The position numbers and the translations under genes were made by a program. A stretch of 63,244 bases of DNA, the filler included, from Octopus bimaculoides (taxonomy: Eukaryota), in the NCBI RefSeq assembly GCF_001194135.2. It is 6 parts of 6 records of this genome, joined end to end, with 100 filler letters (N's around TTAATTAATTAA, not from the genome) between each part and the next. Parts side by side here need not be neighbours in the genome. Positions count along the whole stretch, not along the records: positions 1 to 18,707 come from NC_068982.1; 5 more parts are not named here. One strand, 5' to 3'. The notes beneath the pieces are model-generated. The model searched no databases. It had not been told where the DNA came from and worked only from the letters and a program-made list of their open reading frames with translations. Below are positions 1 through 11,515 of the stretch, in pieces (position 1 is the first letter of the stretch; each line of letters opens with the position of its first letter).

Positions 1-432
1 ACAAAATAATTAATTAATCTAGTGGAAATTCACAGGAGAGCAATAAAAATAGAAAATTAAGGAGTTATCTCCCCTATAATAACAAAAATGAAATCTAACG
101 AGATTCTAAGGATTTAATGATCGTTATGTATGTGTTTTTTCGTGTTTTGTTCGGTTGGTAACCACTCCTGAAGAAGTGCCAAATGTCTAAATCCAATGGA
201 CCAGTCACTGGATAAGTTTGGCACAGAAATGTTAACATAGAGTGGTGAATAAATCGATATATCGAGTTTGAAGTCTCTGTCTCTTATGAATATGAAAATT
301 TAAAAGTTAAAAACCTTATAATATAAATATAAACTGTGAGAACGACCCTTAAGGAATCTAGTTAATGATCCCCTAAGGTAAGTTCTTATGCTATATTGGT
401 AACGGTTGCTACATCCTCTGGAAAAGTATTAT

Positions 433-466
<34 letters not shown>

Positions 467-638
467 CAAACTACCAGTACTTTTCCACTGACCATTCTCT
501 TATGCACATGTGTAGGTAGACACACAACAGCCAGCCACTCCTACCAAAATTCTTACTATAAATTCTTGCTATGACTTTAAACGATACTATGTCCAACCAC
601 ACACATACATAAACAGACACAACTACACACACACACAC

Positions 639-710
639 GTGGTACCATTACACACACACACACGTGGTACCATTACACACACACACACGTGGTACCATTA
701 CACACACACA
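639..710. repeat. 25-bp minisatellite, about 3 copies of GTGGTACCATT(AC)7
   Basis: Units start at 639, 664 and 689 with identical GTGGTACCATTACACACAC. Confidence 0.95.
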
Positions 711-939
711 ATAATAGCAGTTATTATAGTCCTCTGGCACTGTTGTGCCTTTCATGACACGTTATATTTCACATACACACACACACACACACACATATAT
801 GTCGCTGACTGCCCGAAATGAGGAGTAAATGGACAGCCGACAACTGGTGAAGGGTCGCTTTTTATGTTACTTGTCTTGTTTTCCATTTGTTTCTCTCGTT
901 GTTCGCATACCAAAGTTTGTCTTCGTATTTATATTTATA

Positions 940-946
940 TATTATG

Positions 947-980
<34 letters not shown>

Positions 981-1016
981 TATGTATATATATATATACA
1001 TACATACATACATACA

Positions 1017-1075
<59 letters not shown>
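940..1075. repeat. (TA)n/(TACA)n compound microsatellite
   Basis: Read directly; explains ORFs 829-1198. Confidence 0.97.
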
Positions 1076-1077
<2 letters not shown>

Positions 1078-1234
1078 TACATTTATAATATATTATATGA
1101 TATGCGAGAGCGAGTGCATATCTGCGTGCATGCGTACGTGCATAACAGTAAATATTGAAACAAGCACGCAGGTGATAAGATAGGGTTCCCAATGACATAT
1201 GCGCGCATCACACACACGTGGATGCGTGTGCATG

Positions 1235-1235
1235 T

Positions 1236-1287
<52 letters not shown>

Positions 1288-1300
1288 GTGTGTGTGTGTG
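1235..1300. repeat. (TG)n microsatellite
   Basis: Read directly. Confidence 0.97.
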
Positions 1301-1605
1301 CTAAGAGAAGGAGAGAGAAACGGGAAAGATAATATTCCTTTGTCGTTTTATCAATATAAAAGGTAAGCGAAATCAGGCCGTATCTATGGATAAAAGAAAA
1401 ACGTTAGAATTCCATATTGCACTCCATTTGACAACTAAGTGATCAACCGTATAATTTAGGTCAGTTATTTTTCAATCTGGCTATTCAAAGCACAGAATCG
1501 TAAATAAAAGAAATTACATTGCCAATTGTCGGTGCTGTCTAATCGCACAGCATTCCACTTCAAAGTATTCTACTAAACCAGTAGAAAGATTGATAGAGAT
1601 TAGGA

Positions 1606-1732
1606 GAAGAAGAAGAAGAAGAAGAAGAAGAAGAAGAAGAAGAAGAAGAAGAAGAAGAAGAAGAAGAAGAAGAAGAAGAAGAAGAAGAAGAAGAAGAACA
1701 AGAACAAGAACAAGAACAAGAACAAAAACAAG

Positions 1733-1767
<35 letters not shown>

Positions 1768-1768
1768 A
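1606..1768. repeat. Compound trinucleotide repeat (GAA)~31-(GAACAA)n-(CAA)n
   Basis: Read directly; explains the poly-R/S/C ORFs. Confidence 0.97.
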
Positions 1769-3103
1769 CGAACCAAGGAATACGAAGTAAATAACTCAAG
1801 AATGAAGTTAGAAGAAATAAAAAATAATGTAAGTAAAGAAAAACGCTAGAGGAAGGAAAGAAATAAAACATGTTTTCTTTGTTCTTTTATTTTTTGATAG
1901 TTTGGCCATTCTATCAAATTGTTTAAGGCATAACTAACCCAAACAAAATCACTTTTGTAGAAAGAGAACACAAACACTGACCTATGTCTCTACTAGTATA
2001 CATCAACAGGACTAAAATATTACATCATTTGAACATAATTCACTATTTTTGAAAAGTTACAAGTTTTACAGAGCATTTTTTCAGACGTGTAAAACAGTTT
2101 TTTTCATTCGATTTGTTTGAAGAAAAATCTCAAATATTTATAAGCGCACGATCCCACATCACTTTAACGTTCACCACCATATTTGTACGTGTATATGAGA
2201 ACATGTGTGTGTGAACGCGTGTGTGTATGTGAACATGTGTGTGTGTGAACATGTGTGTGTGAGGAGGAACATGTGTGTGTATAGTAAGAAATATATAGAA
2301 GAATTGGTTGAGTACAAGTACAAGTTCAATGGCATATTGTTAGATGGCCTTGCTGGCTTGAAAAGAAAGAGGTACTTTCTTACTTGGTGTATATGTATAC
2401 CAGAAGCTGAGCCTGGTGGTTAGAAAGGGAAATTTGGAGAGAATTTATCAAGTGTATGTAGGTTAAAGTTGTATATCAAGCAGTCAGCGGCAATAAAGGC
2501 TTTTTTGTGCCGCAGTTTTTCTCACAGAATTTGAGAAATGATGTAGAAGGCAAAGTTCTGCAAAGTTGCTGTTGATCATTTTGTCAAATGACGAGATTTG
2601 CTGATATACTGAAGCGGTTCAATTAGGGATCTTGCAGTAGTTGCAGTGCTAATTAAACGTTACCTAGATTTTGGGTGTTGATGACCTTCTTCAAGTATGA
2701 TGAAGTACTTACGGGACAGGCTACATTTAGTCCTTGTTGTTTGCAGGATGTGAAGAGACATGCATAACTAAATGGTTTTAATCATACGGCTGTGTCCGAT
2801 GGCTCACGAGTGAAGCTGATCTCCTGGCAGGAGTACAGCCTATAACTAGTTTGGTTGATCACCTGAAATCTCTCATCTTTCTATTCCCTACAGCACCCCT
2901 TTCTCATTATATATAATTATAACCACTGTTATCTTAGTTCCACCAGTTACTACTACTTCTTTTTCAAGTTTTTTGTTTCTTTCTCTTCCATTATCGTGTA
3001 TTCGTTTCCTCTTTTCGTTCCTTTGTGTACCATTCTGTTTCTGCTTTCTCCATGCTAACCACGTTCTCTCGCAGTTTTCTTGCCCTATTATTATTATTTC
3101 TTT

Positions 3104-3642
3104 ATGAAGTGTATTTGCCACCTAAATGTGGCTAACCCTTAAGGGTTGATGCTACTGTAGCTTCAAGCCCCAGTAAGACACCTCCTCCAGCTGGCTATTG
3201 ACACACTATCTGTGCCCTATGAGTATTTGCAAAGGGAAGTCATCGTTCCCATTTCCAGCCTGACGTGATGCACACGGACCCGAGTTTCTGGGTATTGACC
3301 CGTTATCAGCGTGTGAAAACCACAAGTCGACGGGGGAATGATTCTCAATGCAAATATATATGTACTTTTTCCAGTGACGAAAAATCACTGCTCTCGAAAA
3401 AGTGGAAACAAGCAATAATAAATCTCTGAGCGATGTATAAACAGTAGCTGCACGACATCGTGAAGTATATTTGCCTCCTAAATGTGGCTAACCCTTAAGG
3501 GTTGATGCTACTGTCGCTTGTAGCCCCAAGAAGACATCTCCTCCATCTGGCTATTGACACATTTAGCCACATTTAGGTGGTAAATATACTTCACGATGTC
3601 GTGCAGCTACTGTTTATACATCGCTCAGAGATTTATTATTGC
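3104..3642 (-). mobile_element. Non-coding Penelope-like (pLTR) / retrozyme-type insertion with partial tandem repeat, terminal inversion and hammerhead motif
   Basis: 101-bp direct repeat 3105-3205 / 3461-3561 (period 356); 82-bp inverted repeat 3410-3491 / 3563-3644; identical 13-bp flanks TTATTATTTCTTT at 3091-3103 and 3643-3655; hammerhead fold at 3271-3315 on the minus strand. Confidence 0.75.
3271..3315 (-). ncRNA. Minimal type I hammerhead ribozyme motif, core-mutated
   Basis: Minus strand reads CACACG CUGAUAA C GGGU-CAAU-ACCC A GAAAC UCGG GUC CGUGUG: 6-bp stem I, 4-bp stem II, minimal stem III and a GUC site. Deviations: G8A (CUGAUAA) and a C.A mismatch closing stem II. Confidence 0.7.
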
Positions 3643-3706
3643 TTATTATTTCTTTCTTATGCGTAAATACCTTGTCGACCTTATATATTTAAATACTACA
3701 TTGTAA

Positions 3707-3920
3707 AGGCGCATGAGGCAGTGAGTTTGATTCCCAGACCGGGCTGTGTGTTGTGTTCTTAAGCAAGACACAATTTCACCCTGACGTGGCGTGGTGAGGG
3801 GAAGGCTGGTATGCATGAGTGACTACTGGTTTTCTGTAAACAATCTTGGCCGGATTTGTGGCTTGGAGGGGAACTTTCTCGGTGCAATCCCATAATCATT
3901 CATGACCGAAGTGGGGTCTT
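3707..3920 (+). mobile_element. tRNA/CORE-type SINE (family C), internally deleted
   Basis: Shares GTGTTGTGTTCTT.AGCAAGACAC and the ...CATGACCGAAG.GGGGTCT end with the full copy at 15736-16070. Confidence 0.8.
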
Positions 3921-3980
3921 TACATTTTAAATTACAAATGCTTAATCTTAGTTGTCTAGTTTTTATATGTATAATTTATT

Positions 3981-4182
3981 CTTTTCTACTCTAGGCACAA
4001 AGCCCAATTTGGGGGGAGGGGCCAGTCGATTAGATCGAACACAGTGCACAACTGGTACTTAGTTTATCGACTACGCAAAGATAAAAGGCAAAGTCGACCT
4101 CGGCGGAATTTGAACTCAGAAACTAAAGACAGACGAAATACAGCTAAGCGTTTCGCTAACGTTTCTGCCAGCTCGCCGCCTT
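3981..4182 (-). mobile_element. SINE family B
   Basis: Reverse complement of the copy at 11297-11515 (GAGTTCAAATTCC B-box-like motif, GAGGTCGACTTTGCC). Confidence 0.88.
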
Positions 4183-4919
4183 ATATGAATGATTTATTAT
4201 AAAAGCCCCTCCTCGTGTCAAAAAACGTTGACGCGAAACTCCAAAAAGTGACGGTGTAAATTATCAGATATAATTGACATTTTATATACATGTGTGTGTT
4301 TGTCGGAGTAAACTAACGCATCGATCTACTTCCCTTTATGCCCTGCCAAAGGGAAAAATCTAGCCATTCGATGAATGACAATTGCTTAAGTGACAGCTCG
4401 AAATGTCCTCTCGGCTAAACAAATGAAATTGCTGCCTAAGCATAGCTCCAGTTCACAGACATATATTTTAATTTTAGATAAACAAAAATAAGCAGGTGAT
4501 GCTTAAAGACATGCTATTTTCATCTCCCGTCCTTGTAACACTAACCCTTTTTGCGTTTTTTAACTTTATGCTGTTGTCTTCATGAGGATTGTTTGTGTCG
4601 GTCCTCATTATACAAGTGATGTTTGCATTTAATCAAACTTGTCACAGGGAATAATGATTAAAGGATAAAGCCACTTCAGTTCATACGCCGTTTGTATATG
4701 ACAGATAATTATATATTTCATAATAGTTTTTATTTGGGACAAGTGGTTTTAACCATGAGATTGGCAGTCCTTCGATTATCAATGAGATCATCGGGCTTAA
4801 TTTTGTTGTAAAAAGATTCGCGTTCACACTGCAGGAATAGGATTCCAGAGTGATGTTCTGGGAAGGAATAATGAGCACAGTAGTTAGTGTAGGGTCTTGG
4901 ATAGCAGACAAAATGTGGT

Positions 4920-5056
4920 TGATGAGGCGGGGGAGAAAATGAGTTAAGGATGTGTGAGTGGAGGTGGCGCACGACTAATTACTTCCGAAAAGAAGCTACG
5001 TGAAACAAAGTAGATCGAAGAGACAGTAATCTGTAGTTCAGAGAATTAGAGCAGGC
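4920..5056 (+). promoter_or_regulatory. Possible promoter / 5' UTR
   Basis: Locally GC/CpG-richer unique DNA with GGCGGGG and ACTTCCG (ETS-type) motifs just upstream of a candidate ATG exon. Confidence 0.25.
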
Positions 5057-5137
5057 ATGGACAATCTACATCGAGAAGCTGACAGCATGCGAAATAATTC
5101 ATCATTAGGCGGGCCGCACTACCAAAATTCATTCAAC
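5057..5137 (+). CDS. Candidate first coding exon of an unknown gene (MDNLHREADSMRNNSSLGGPHYQNSFN)
   Basis: Good Kozak context GGCATGG, 27 open codons, strong donor AAC|GTAAGT. No homology recognised. Confidence 0.3.
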
Positions 5138-7319
5138 GTAAGTTTTTGTTAGGTGTATCATTCAGAAATTCACGCGGACAGTGTGTTGCCCGCGTGTTGC
5201 AAGTTGTGTATGATTGAATTAGAGTGTGCAAGTTAGTGGCGCTATACCAGTTAGTTAAACAGATTTTCTTTGAGTGCAGTCCAGGCTGTCTATGTGTAGC
5301 AGCTTCACACTTCAGGATCTGAGAGCAATTCTCCATCTATTCTTCATGTCGGATCACAGCAAAACAGCAACACGGAACCTACAGAAAATCTAAAAATCCA
5401 TCTGTTGTAGATTTTCTAAACATTACCAGCAATAGGTTTCTGCATCATCCGAATCTAAATTCAGCAAAATCAAAAGATGGAGTTTCTTAGACTTTGCACG
5501 ATCTACTAGAAATAATAGTTAATTCCTCGTCAGAGATATACTGCACCACAACAAAGGCACATTGAACAATATAATCCATGTTACATTGCATCTGAAAAAA
5601 CAAAAATTATTATTATTGAAATGCGTTCTGATCAGGTGTTTGATCAGAGCTAACCTAAGGTTAAACAACACGACAACATCTGTGGGGAAGTAAAGAGAAG
5701 AGTAACAGATTGTGGTGTCGGGAAGTTAACACATGATTTAAACTTTCAGGAACTAAAATGTCATAAACATAATAACAATGCATAGAAGCAAAATTTATTG
5801 GTTTCTAGATCAAACAAGCGAATGACAAACCTGACCACGACAGGGATTGAACACAGAACGCAGAGAGCCGGAAGAGATACTAAAGGGTCTGCTGAACAAG
5901 GACAAAGAACATCAACTTTATAAAGCTGACAAGAAAGAAGTTGCATATGCAATACTCTTTTTCTTAAAATTACTATCAATTAGTAACATGGATCGATTAC
6001 ATCCGAGTAAAAATAATGCAATGTTTATCAAACTACTTAACGAAAAAATATCTAAGTATTATCAAGTATTGTCAAAGAGTTTGTTGAAATGTATATCGCA
6101 GCAACATAGTTTTAAATGTCGAAATCTTGAGAAAACATTTTTCCCATCGCCCAGTTACATATATTTGAAGAGCTATTCAAATACTATTTTAGATATGCTG
6201 CTACAATTTGTTGCTCTATCAAATCTTTTCCATGTCGGTCAACCACCGATGTCAAACAAAAAAGATGACAGTTGTTGGTTTTGCTTATCTGTAACGTGTT
6301 GCAATAAAATACTATAAACATAGAATTTCACTATGTTTTTCTGTGGTTTCTGTATATATTACATTTTATTTTCTTTGTTTTCTACTACTTCAGATTGCGT
6401 GCGTTTACTATTTCTTAGTCATTTATTTATTTGTTAGCCTGTCTTTAAAATGCCATTCAACACACAGAACAAACGGCATCGCTTCTCTGCTTCTTGGTCG
6501 TCATTTGCTTTCAAAAGATATGGTTATTATATAAGAATATTTCAATCGATGAGTTCCCAAGCCTAGGAGAAAGAAACTATTAAGGTAGCAATACGACATT
6601 CAACTGAAACCCTAATTCACCTAGAGTTTCTTTTGACTGCATTTCTAAGAAGTCGGTTTACGGACAGAAGGGTCTATAGCTCATATATTATCATGTAAAC
6701 TGTAGTTTAGCCGTGCTCAGTATAAACCACATGGAACATTAGGCTTAAATGTAAGTAATGTAAATTTAGGCCTGTATCTCTTTTCATCCCAAAATTGGTG
6801 ATTATAATATCGGTTACCTTACTGCGTTGAAAAAAGTTGAATTTAATATATTTGTCGCTAACATCGAATCTGGGTGAGGCACCTTGTTTTTATGTTGGGA
6901 TTAAGTGTTCATAATATGTAATATTTCTATAAAGAGCTTAACTTCTATTTTACCATCAAGAGACAAATTATGGCGCCAGGATAAAAAAGAATGCGCAGTT
7001 TAGAAAAATGGGAATATAGATTCAAGTACCAGTGGTATTTATGAGTGAGTTAAATAGAGAGGGAGAGAGACAAACATACAGACAGAAAGAGAGTGGGGGA
7101 AAGAGGCGCTAGTGGTGATAGTGTTTTACGCATTATTTAGTAATTCACTGAGGTAACACATGTGATACATACATCTGCTCATTGTTATTAATAATGACAT
7201 ACATACATACATACATACGTACATACAAGGTCCTTTCCTTCACAGCCTTGATACCAAGCAGGCGGCCGGCCAAAATTTATTCTAGATTGAAAAGAGAAAG
7301 ACCACATATATGTGAATAC

Positions 7320-7495
<176 letters not shown>

Positions 7496-7639
7496 ACCCA
7501 CATACACTCATATAGGAACCTTGGACATGTGTAACCTACTATAGCACCCATTCGACGAATGCTCTAAGAGTGAATTTCGTAAAGAGAAACAGTAAAGAGA
7601 AACTGTTTCGTAAAGAGAATTTCGTAAAGAGAAACAGTG

Positions 7640-7890
7640 TGAAAGCTCGTTGTGTATGTAAATGCATATGTGCGCGTGTCTTCGTGTTTCCCCACCACCA
7701 CCCGCTTGGCAACTTGTATCAATTTGTATATCTCCTCGTTACTTAGAGGTTCGGCAAAGGGACCAGATAGAGTAAGGACAAGACTTCAAAATAAATAAGC
7801 CTTAGAGTCGATTTAATCTACTAAAACCTTGAAAATGTTGCCCCGGTATGGCTGCAATCTAATGACTGAAACAAATCAAGGAATAACAGA
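7640..7890 (+). mobile_element. SINE family A, 3' half (diverged)
   Basis: Matches the tail of 36816-37231 (GTTCGGCAAA...AATGACTGAAACAA). Confidence 0.75.
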
Positions 7891-8395
7891 GAATATAAAT
7901 TGTATAGCTGACACTTTATTTGCGTTTTGACATATAACTGTGAAAATAGCAAAAACAAAAAGGCTATTTCGGGGAAATGTAGTACGACATTCATTAAATG
8001 CATCAATAACTCACCAGCAGGTTTTATGAGGAATGTCAAGGTGAGGCCAATAACTTAAATATTTCCGTTGTTATTCAGACAGGTCTTTCAGTCACCAACT
8101 TGTTATAGGTGAGCTATCAAAGATAAAGGTTCAACAGCTAACAGGGATTTGTGTTCATTTTTAGGTCACCATAGACCAATATAAAGTGTGACGTTAAAAA
8201 CCACTGTGTTGCAGTGGGTTTGCTTCATTAAAAGCTTTTGTTGTCTTCGGTTGAATAAAACCATTTGAGGTTTTATAGTTCTTTTCTTTTTCTTTCTTTC
8301 TTTTTTTGTCATTTTAACCCAGTGGCACCCTATTCATCGTAGTTAAACAACTTTTTTCTCGTCTATTTCCAGATCACACTTTAAACTATGTGAAA

Positions 8396-8451
<56 letters not shown>

Positions 8452-8618
8452 TGTATAGATAGATAGATGCTCACACATACATATATATTGAGTACGCACA
8501 TAAAAGTTCCTATTTTATTATGTCGGCTTCGGCCTAATGATACCAACTTGCAACAGTAATTTTATGGGGTAGTAGTGAGGTGTACCGATATAATGTAAGA
8601 TATATATAGTAATAATAG

Positions 8619-8822
8619 TTTCTACTCTAGGCACAAAGCCTTGAAAATTTTGAGGGAAGGAGGACTAGTCGATTACATCGATCTCCAGTGCGTAACTGGT
8701 ACTTATTCATGACCCCGAAGGATGAAAAGCAAAGTCGACCGCGACGGAATTTGAACTCAGAACGGCAGACGAAATATCGCTAAGCATTTCGCCCGGCTTG
8801 CTAACAACTCTTCCAGCTGGCT
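8619..8822 (-). mobile_element. SINE family B
   Basis: AAAGTCGACC..GGAATTTGAACTCAGAAC; homologous to 3981-4182. Confidence 0.88.
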
Positions 8823-9167
8823 TCACATAAATATAATAATGATAATAATAATGATAATTCAAATATGGAATCTCTAAATATTTTATAAGTACTGCATCGT
8901 TACGCATGTTTCCACAAATCACATATTTCTTGATCGTAAGAACGGGATGTGTGGAGACGCGCGTAGCGATGAATTAAAATATTTATAAATTCCATTCATG
9001 GATTATTATTAGTATTATAATATATATATATATGCGCGTGTGTGTATGTGTGTGTGTGTCTATATATACATATACATACCTACACACACATACCCACACA
9101 GGCACTCATACACATATTCACAAAAGTGAAGGTTACGCAGAACCTCTGATATATAAATTTATAATAT

Positions 9168-9260
9168 ACTAGCAGAGGCACCCGGCGTTGCAAGGGAATG
9201 AAATTGTTGCTTATATACTTGAAGAAAAAAAGGCAAAATATGCTGTATAGAAATTTGAGA
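9168..9260 (+). mobile_element. Possible 5' end of a Helitron/Helentron-like non-autonomous element
   Basis: ACTAGCAGAGGCACCCGGCGTTGCAAGGG resembles termini of such elements; no 3' end found. Confidence 0.3.
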
Positions 9261-9825
9261 GGACATTCTGTAGATGGACTCTCAGATGAATGATGGCTGG
9301 GCGCCTCTCATGAATGGGGAAAATTGAAGATGTGCCAAAAAGCCTTATTGGTACTTGAAAACTTTTACGAAAATTAAAATGGGGATTAAATGAAAAAAAC
9401 GATTTACGTGAATATCCTCACAAGAGTAATTGAAATAAATGGCGATTATGGAACCCCCCACGCACGCACGCACGTGCGCGCGCATACACACTGTGTCTTT
9501 GTAAATATGTTTGTATACATTTATGTATGTGTGTGTTTGTAAGAGACAGAGTATGAGGAGAGAGAGGTTTGTTGTCATGTATACGTACATGCATAAATAT
9601 ACATACATCTTTGGATGTATGCATATGTCAACACAGCCCTTGACTCACTCACACTCCGTCTCTTACAAACACGCACACGCGCGCATGCACACCTGTGTCT
9701 TTGTAAATATGTTTGTATACATTTATGTATGTGTGTGTTTGTAAGAGACAGAGTGTGAGTGAGTCAAGGGGTGTGCGTCTGTATGTGTTTGAGACAGAGT
9801 GAGAGAGCGGTGTGTATGTAGTATT

Positions 9826-9861
<36 letters not shown>

Positions 9862-10484
9862 CACACAAACACACACACTCACACACGAAATAGAGAGTGA
9901 AGCTTTTTTGCCGTTGTTACGTCAATACCAGAAGTTGNNNNNNNNNNNNNNNNNNNNNNNNNNNNNNNNNNNNNNNNNNNNNNNNNNNNNNNNNNNNNNN
10001 NNNNNNNNNNNNNNNNNNNNNNNNNNNNNNNNNNNNNCACAATGATCTTAACTAAACTTATATCAAAGTGTTAAAGCTTGCTCAGCCTAGAATCAAATTC
10101 TGTAATTCGTATTACTGTAATTATATATCATACTTCTAAATACTTACTTGCTGTCTAATGATGGTACTCACAGTAAGTTTATGTCCACAAAAACACTGAA
10201 TAAATTAGGCTCGCTTTAATAATTTCAAAAATCTTACATGCAAATAACCAGCAGATCTTTTTACCACCTTCGTTATAATTTACAGATTTCAATACGGACT
10301 ATTTAAAGTTATAAGTAATGTTTTAACTTTTACATTGACGTTATAGTTAATAGAAGAAGTAAAGTTCTTAAGGGGATTTTTGGAAAATGAATAGCAATGC
10401 AAGTTCTCTCTCTGAAATAGAAGTAGAATCGATGTAAAATTTAGAAGAATTACGGGTTTTTAACAGAACATTAATAAATTCCGT

Positions 10485-11051
10485 GGATCTATTTTAAAAC
10501 GGGGGCCACATTTTTCATTAATGTTTTACGTAGTGTTTTTGGTACGGAAAGACTTTCAAACTTCGTATACTTATCTATTTTGTGTTATAGAACAGAAAAA
10601 TATTTTTGTATTCGAATTTATTTCGTGTAAAAAATTGTCTTATTTCGATAATTTCAACCAATCACTGACAAGTATTCAGTTGTTTACATTTACTCCTTTG
10701 GCTGATTAAGCGATGTAAAGCGTATTTAATCTCCATACCTTCGTTTTATTTGCTTTTTTCATTTTAAATTTGCTTTAACCCTAAACCTAACCCTACGGTT
10801 AGGGTTAGGGTTAATTGTTTCAAAATCGTTTGTTTATGTAGTCGGCACTTAATGTATATCGGCTGAATGGACGTCAGTGACTGGTTGAAATTACAGAAAT
10901 ACGACAACTTTAACATGGAATAACTTATGGATTTCTTTTTTTTTAAGAAGACTAAGAGAAAACGATGTTTTATATGACACATTCTACCAGTGTTCCAAGT
11001 TTCAAAGTGTTTCGTTAATGAAAAATGTGGCCCCCGTTTTAAAAAAGATCC
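10485..11051. mobile_element. MITE with ~37-bp TIRs and 8-bp TSD (Merlin-like)
   Basis: GGATCTATTTTAAAACGGGGGCCACATTTTTCATTAA / TTAATGAAAAATGTGGCCCCCGTTTTAAAAAAGATCC; flanks AATTCCGT and AATTCCAT; homologous to 24496-25092. Confidence 0.88.
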
Positions 11052-11296
11052 AATTCCATTATTATATTTGCAGTTAACAGTGAGAGGACGATTTTCTATC
11101 ACTCTACAATTACGTATGTCTTAGTCATGTCTTGGCGGGAAGGAATTCCTAGAGAAAGACAGAAAGTTGCTCATATTGATATGAGAATAAATTTTATTAT
11201 CACTAACTATTTTCATCCTCTTTACTCTAAGAAGAGAATCATCTATGCTGCGTTAATCAGCCTGCAGTGTTTTTATCAATATTTTTATTGTTGCAA

Positions 11297-11515
11297 GGCG
11301 TCGAGCTGGCAGAAACTTTAGCACGCCGGGCGAAATGCTTAGCCGCATTTCGTCTACCGCTACGTTCTGAGTTCAAATTCCTCCGAGGTCGACGTTGCCT
11401 TTTATCCTTTTGGGGTCGATACATTAAGTACCTGTTGTGTACTGGGGGCCAATCTAATCGACTGGCCCCCTCCTACCCCAAAATTTCGGGCCATGTACCT
11501 AGAGTAGAAAGGAAT
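11297..11515 (+). mobile_element. SINE family B, near full length
   Basis: GGCGTCGAGCTGGCAGAAAC head, GAGTTCAAATTCC B-box-like motif, tail ...CCTAGAGTAGAAAGGAAT; at least 8 copies in the window. Confidence 0.9.

Noticed and set aside
829-1871. ORFs of YI/HT/CV/RE/poly-R type here and throughout, and X-filled ORFs
   Set aside because: Translations of microsatellites or N gaps.
2290-2880. Unique-looking, moderately GC-rich stretch that might be a decayed coding or LINE sequence
   Set aside because: No recognisable motif in any frame by eye; needs blastx.
3120-3200. Resemblance to HDV, twister or pistol ribozyme motifs (CCTCCTCCAGCTGGC; GTTACTG..AGCCCC)
   Set aside because: The required pseudoknot pairings could not be built in either copy.
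7907-8110. Possible exons (…AGFMRNVK|GTGAGG and ATTCAG|ACAGGTC…TAG)
   Set aside because: Partly overlaps a SINE tail, the intron would be only about 48 nt, and no homology is recognisable.
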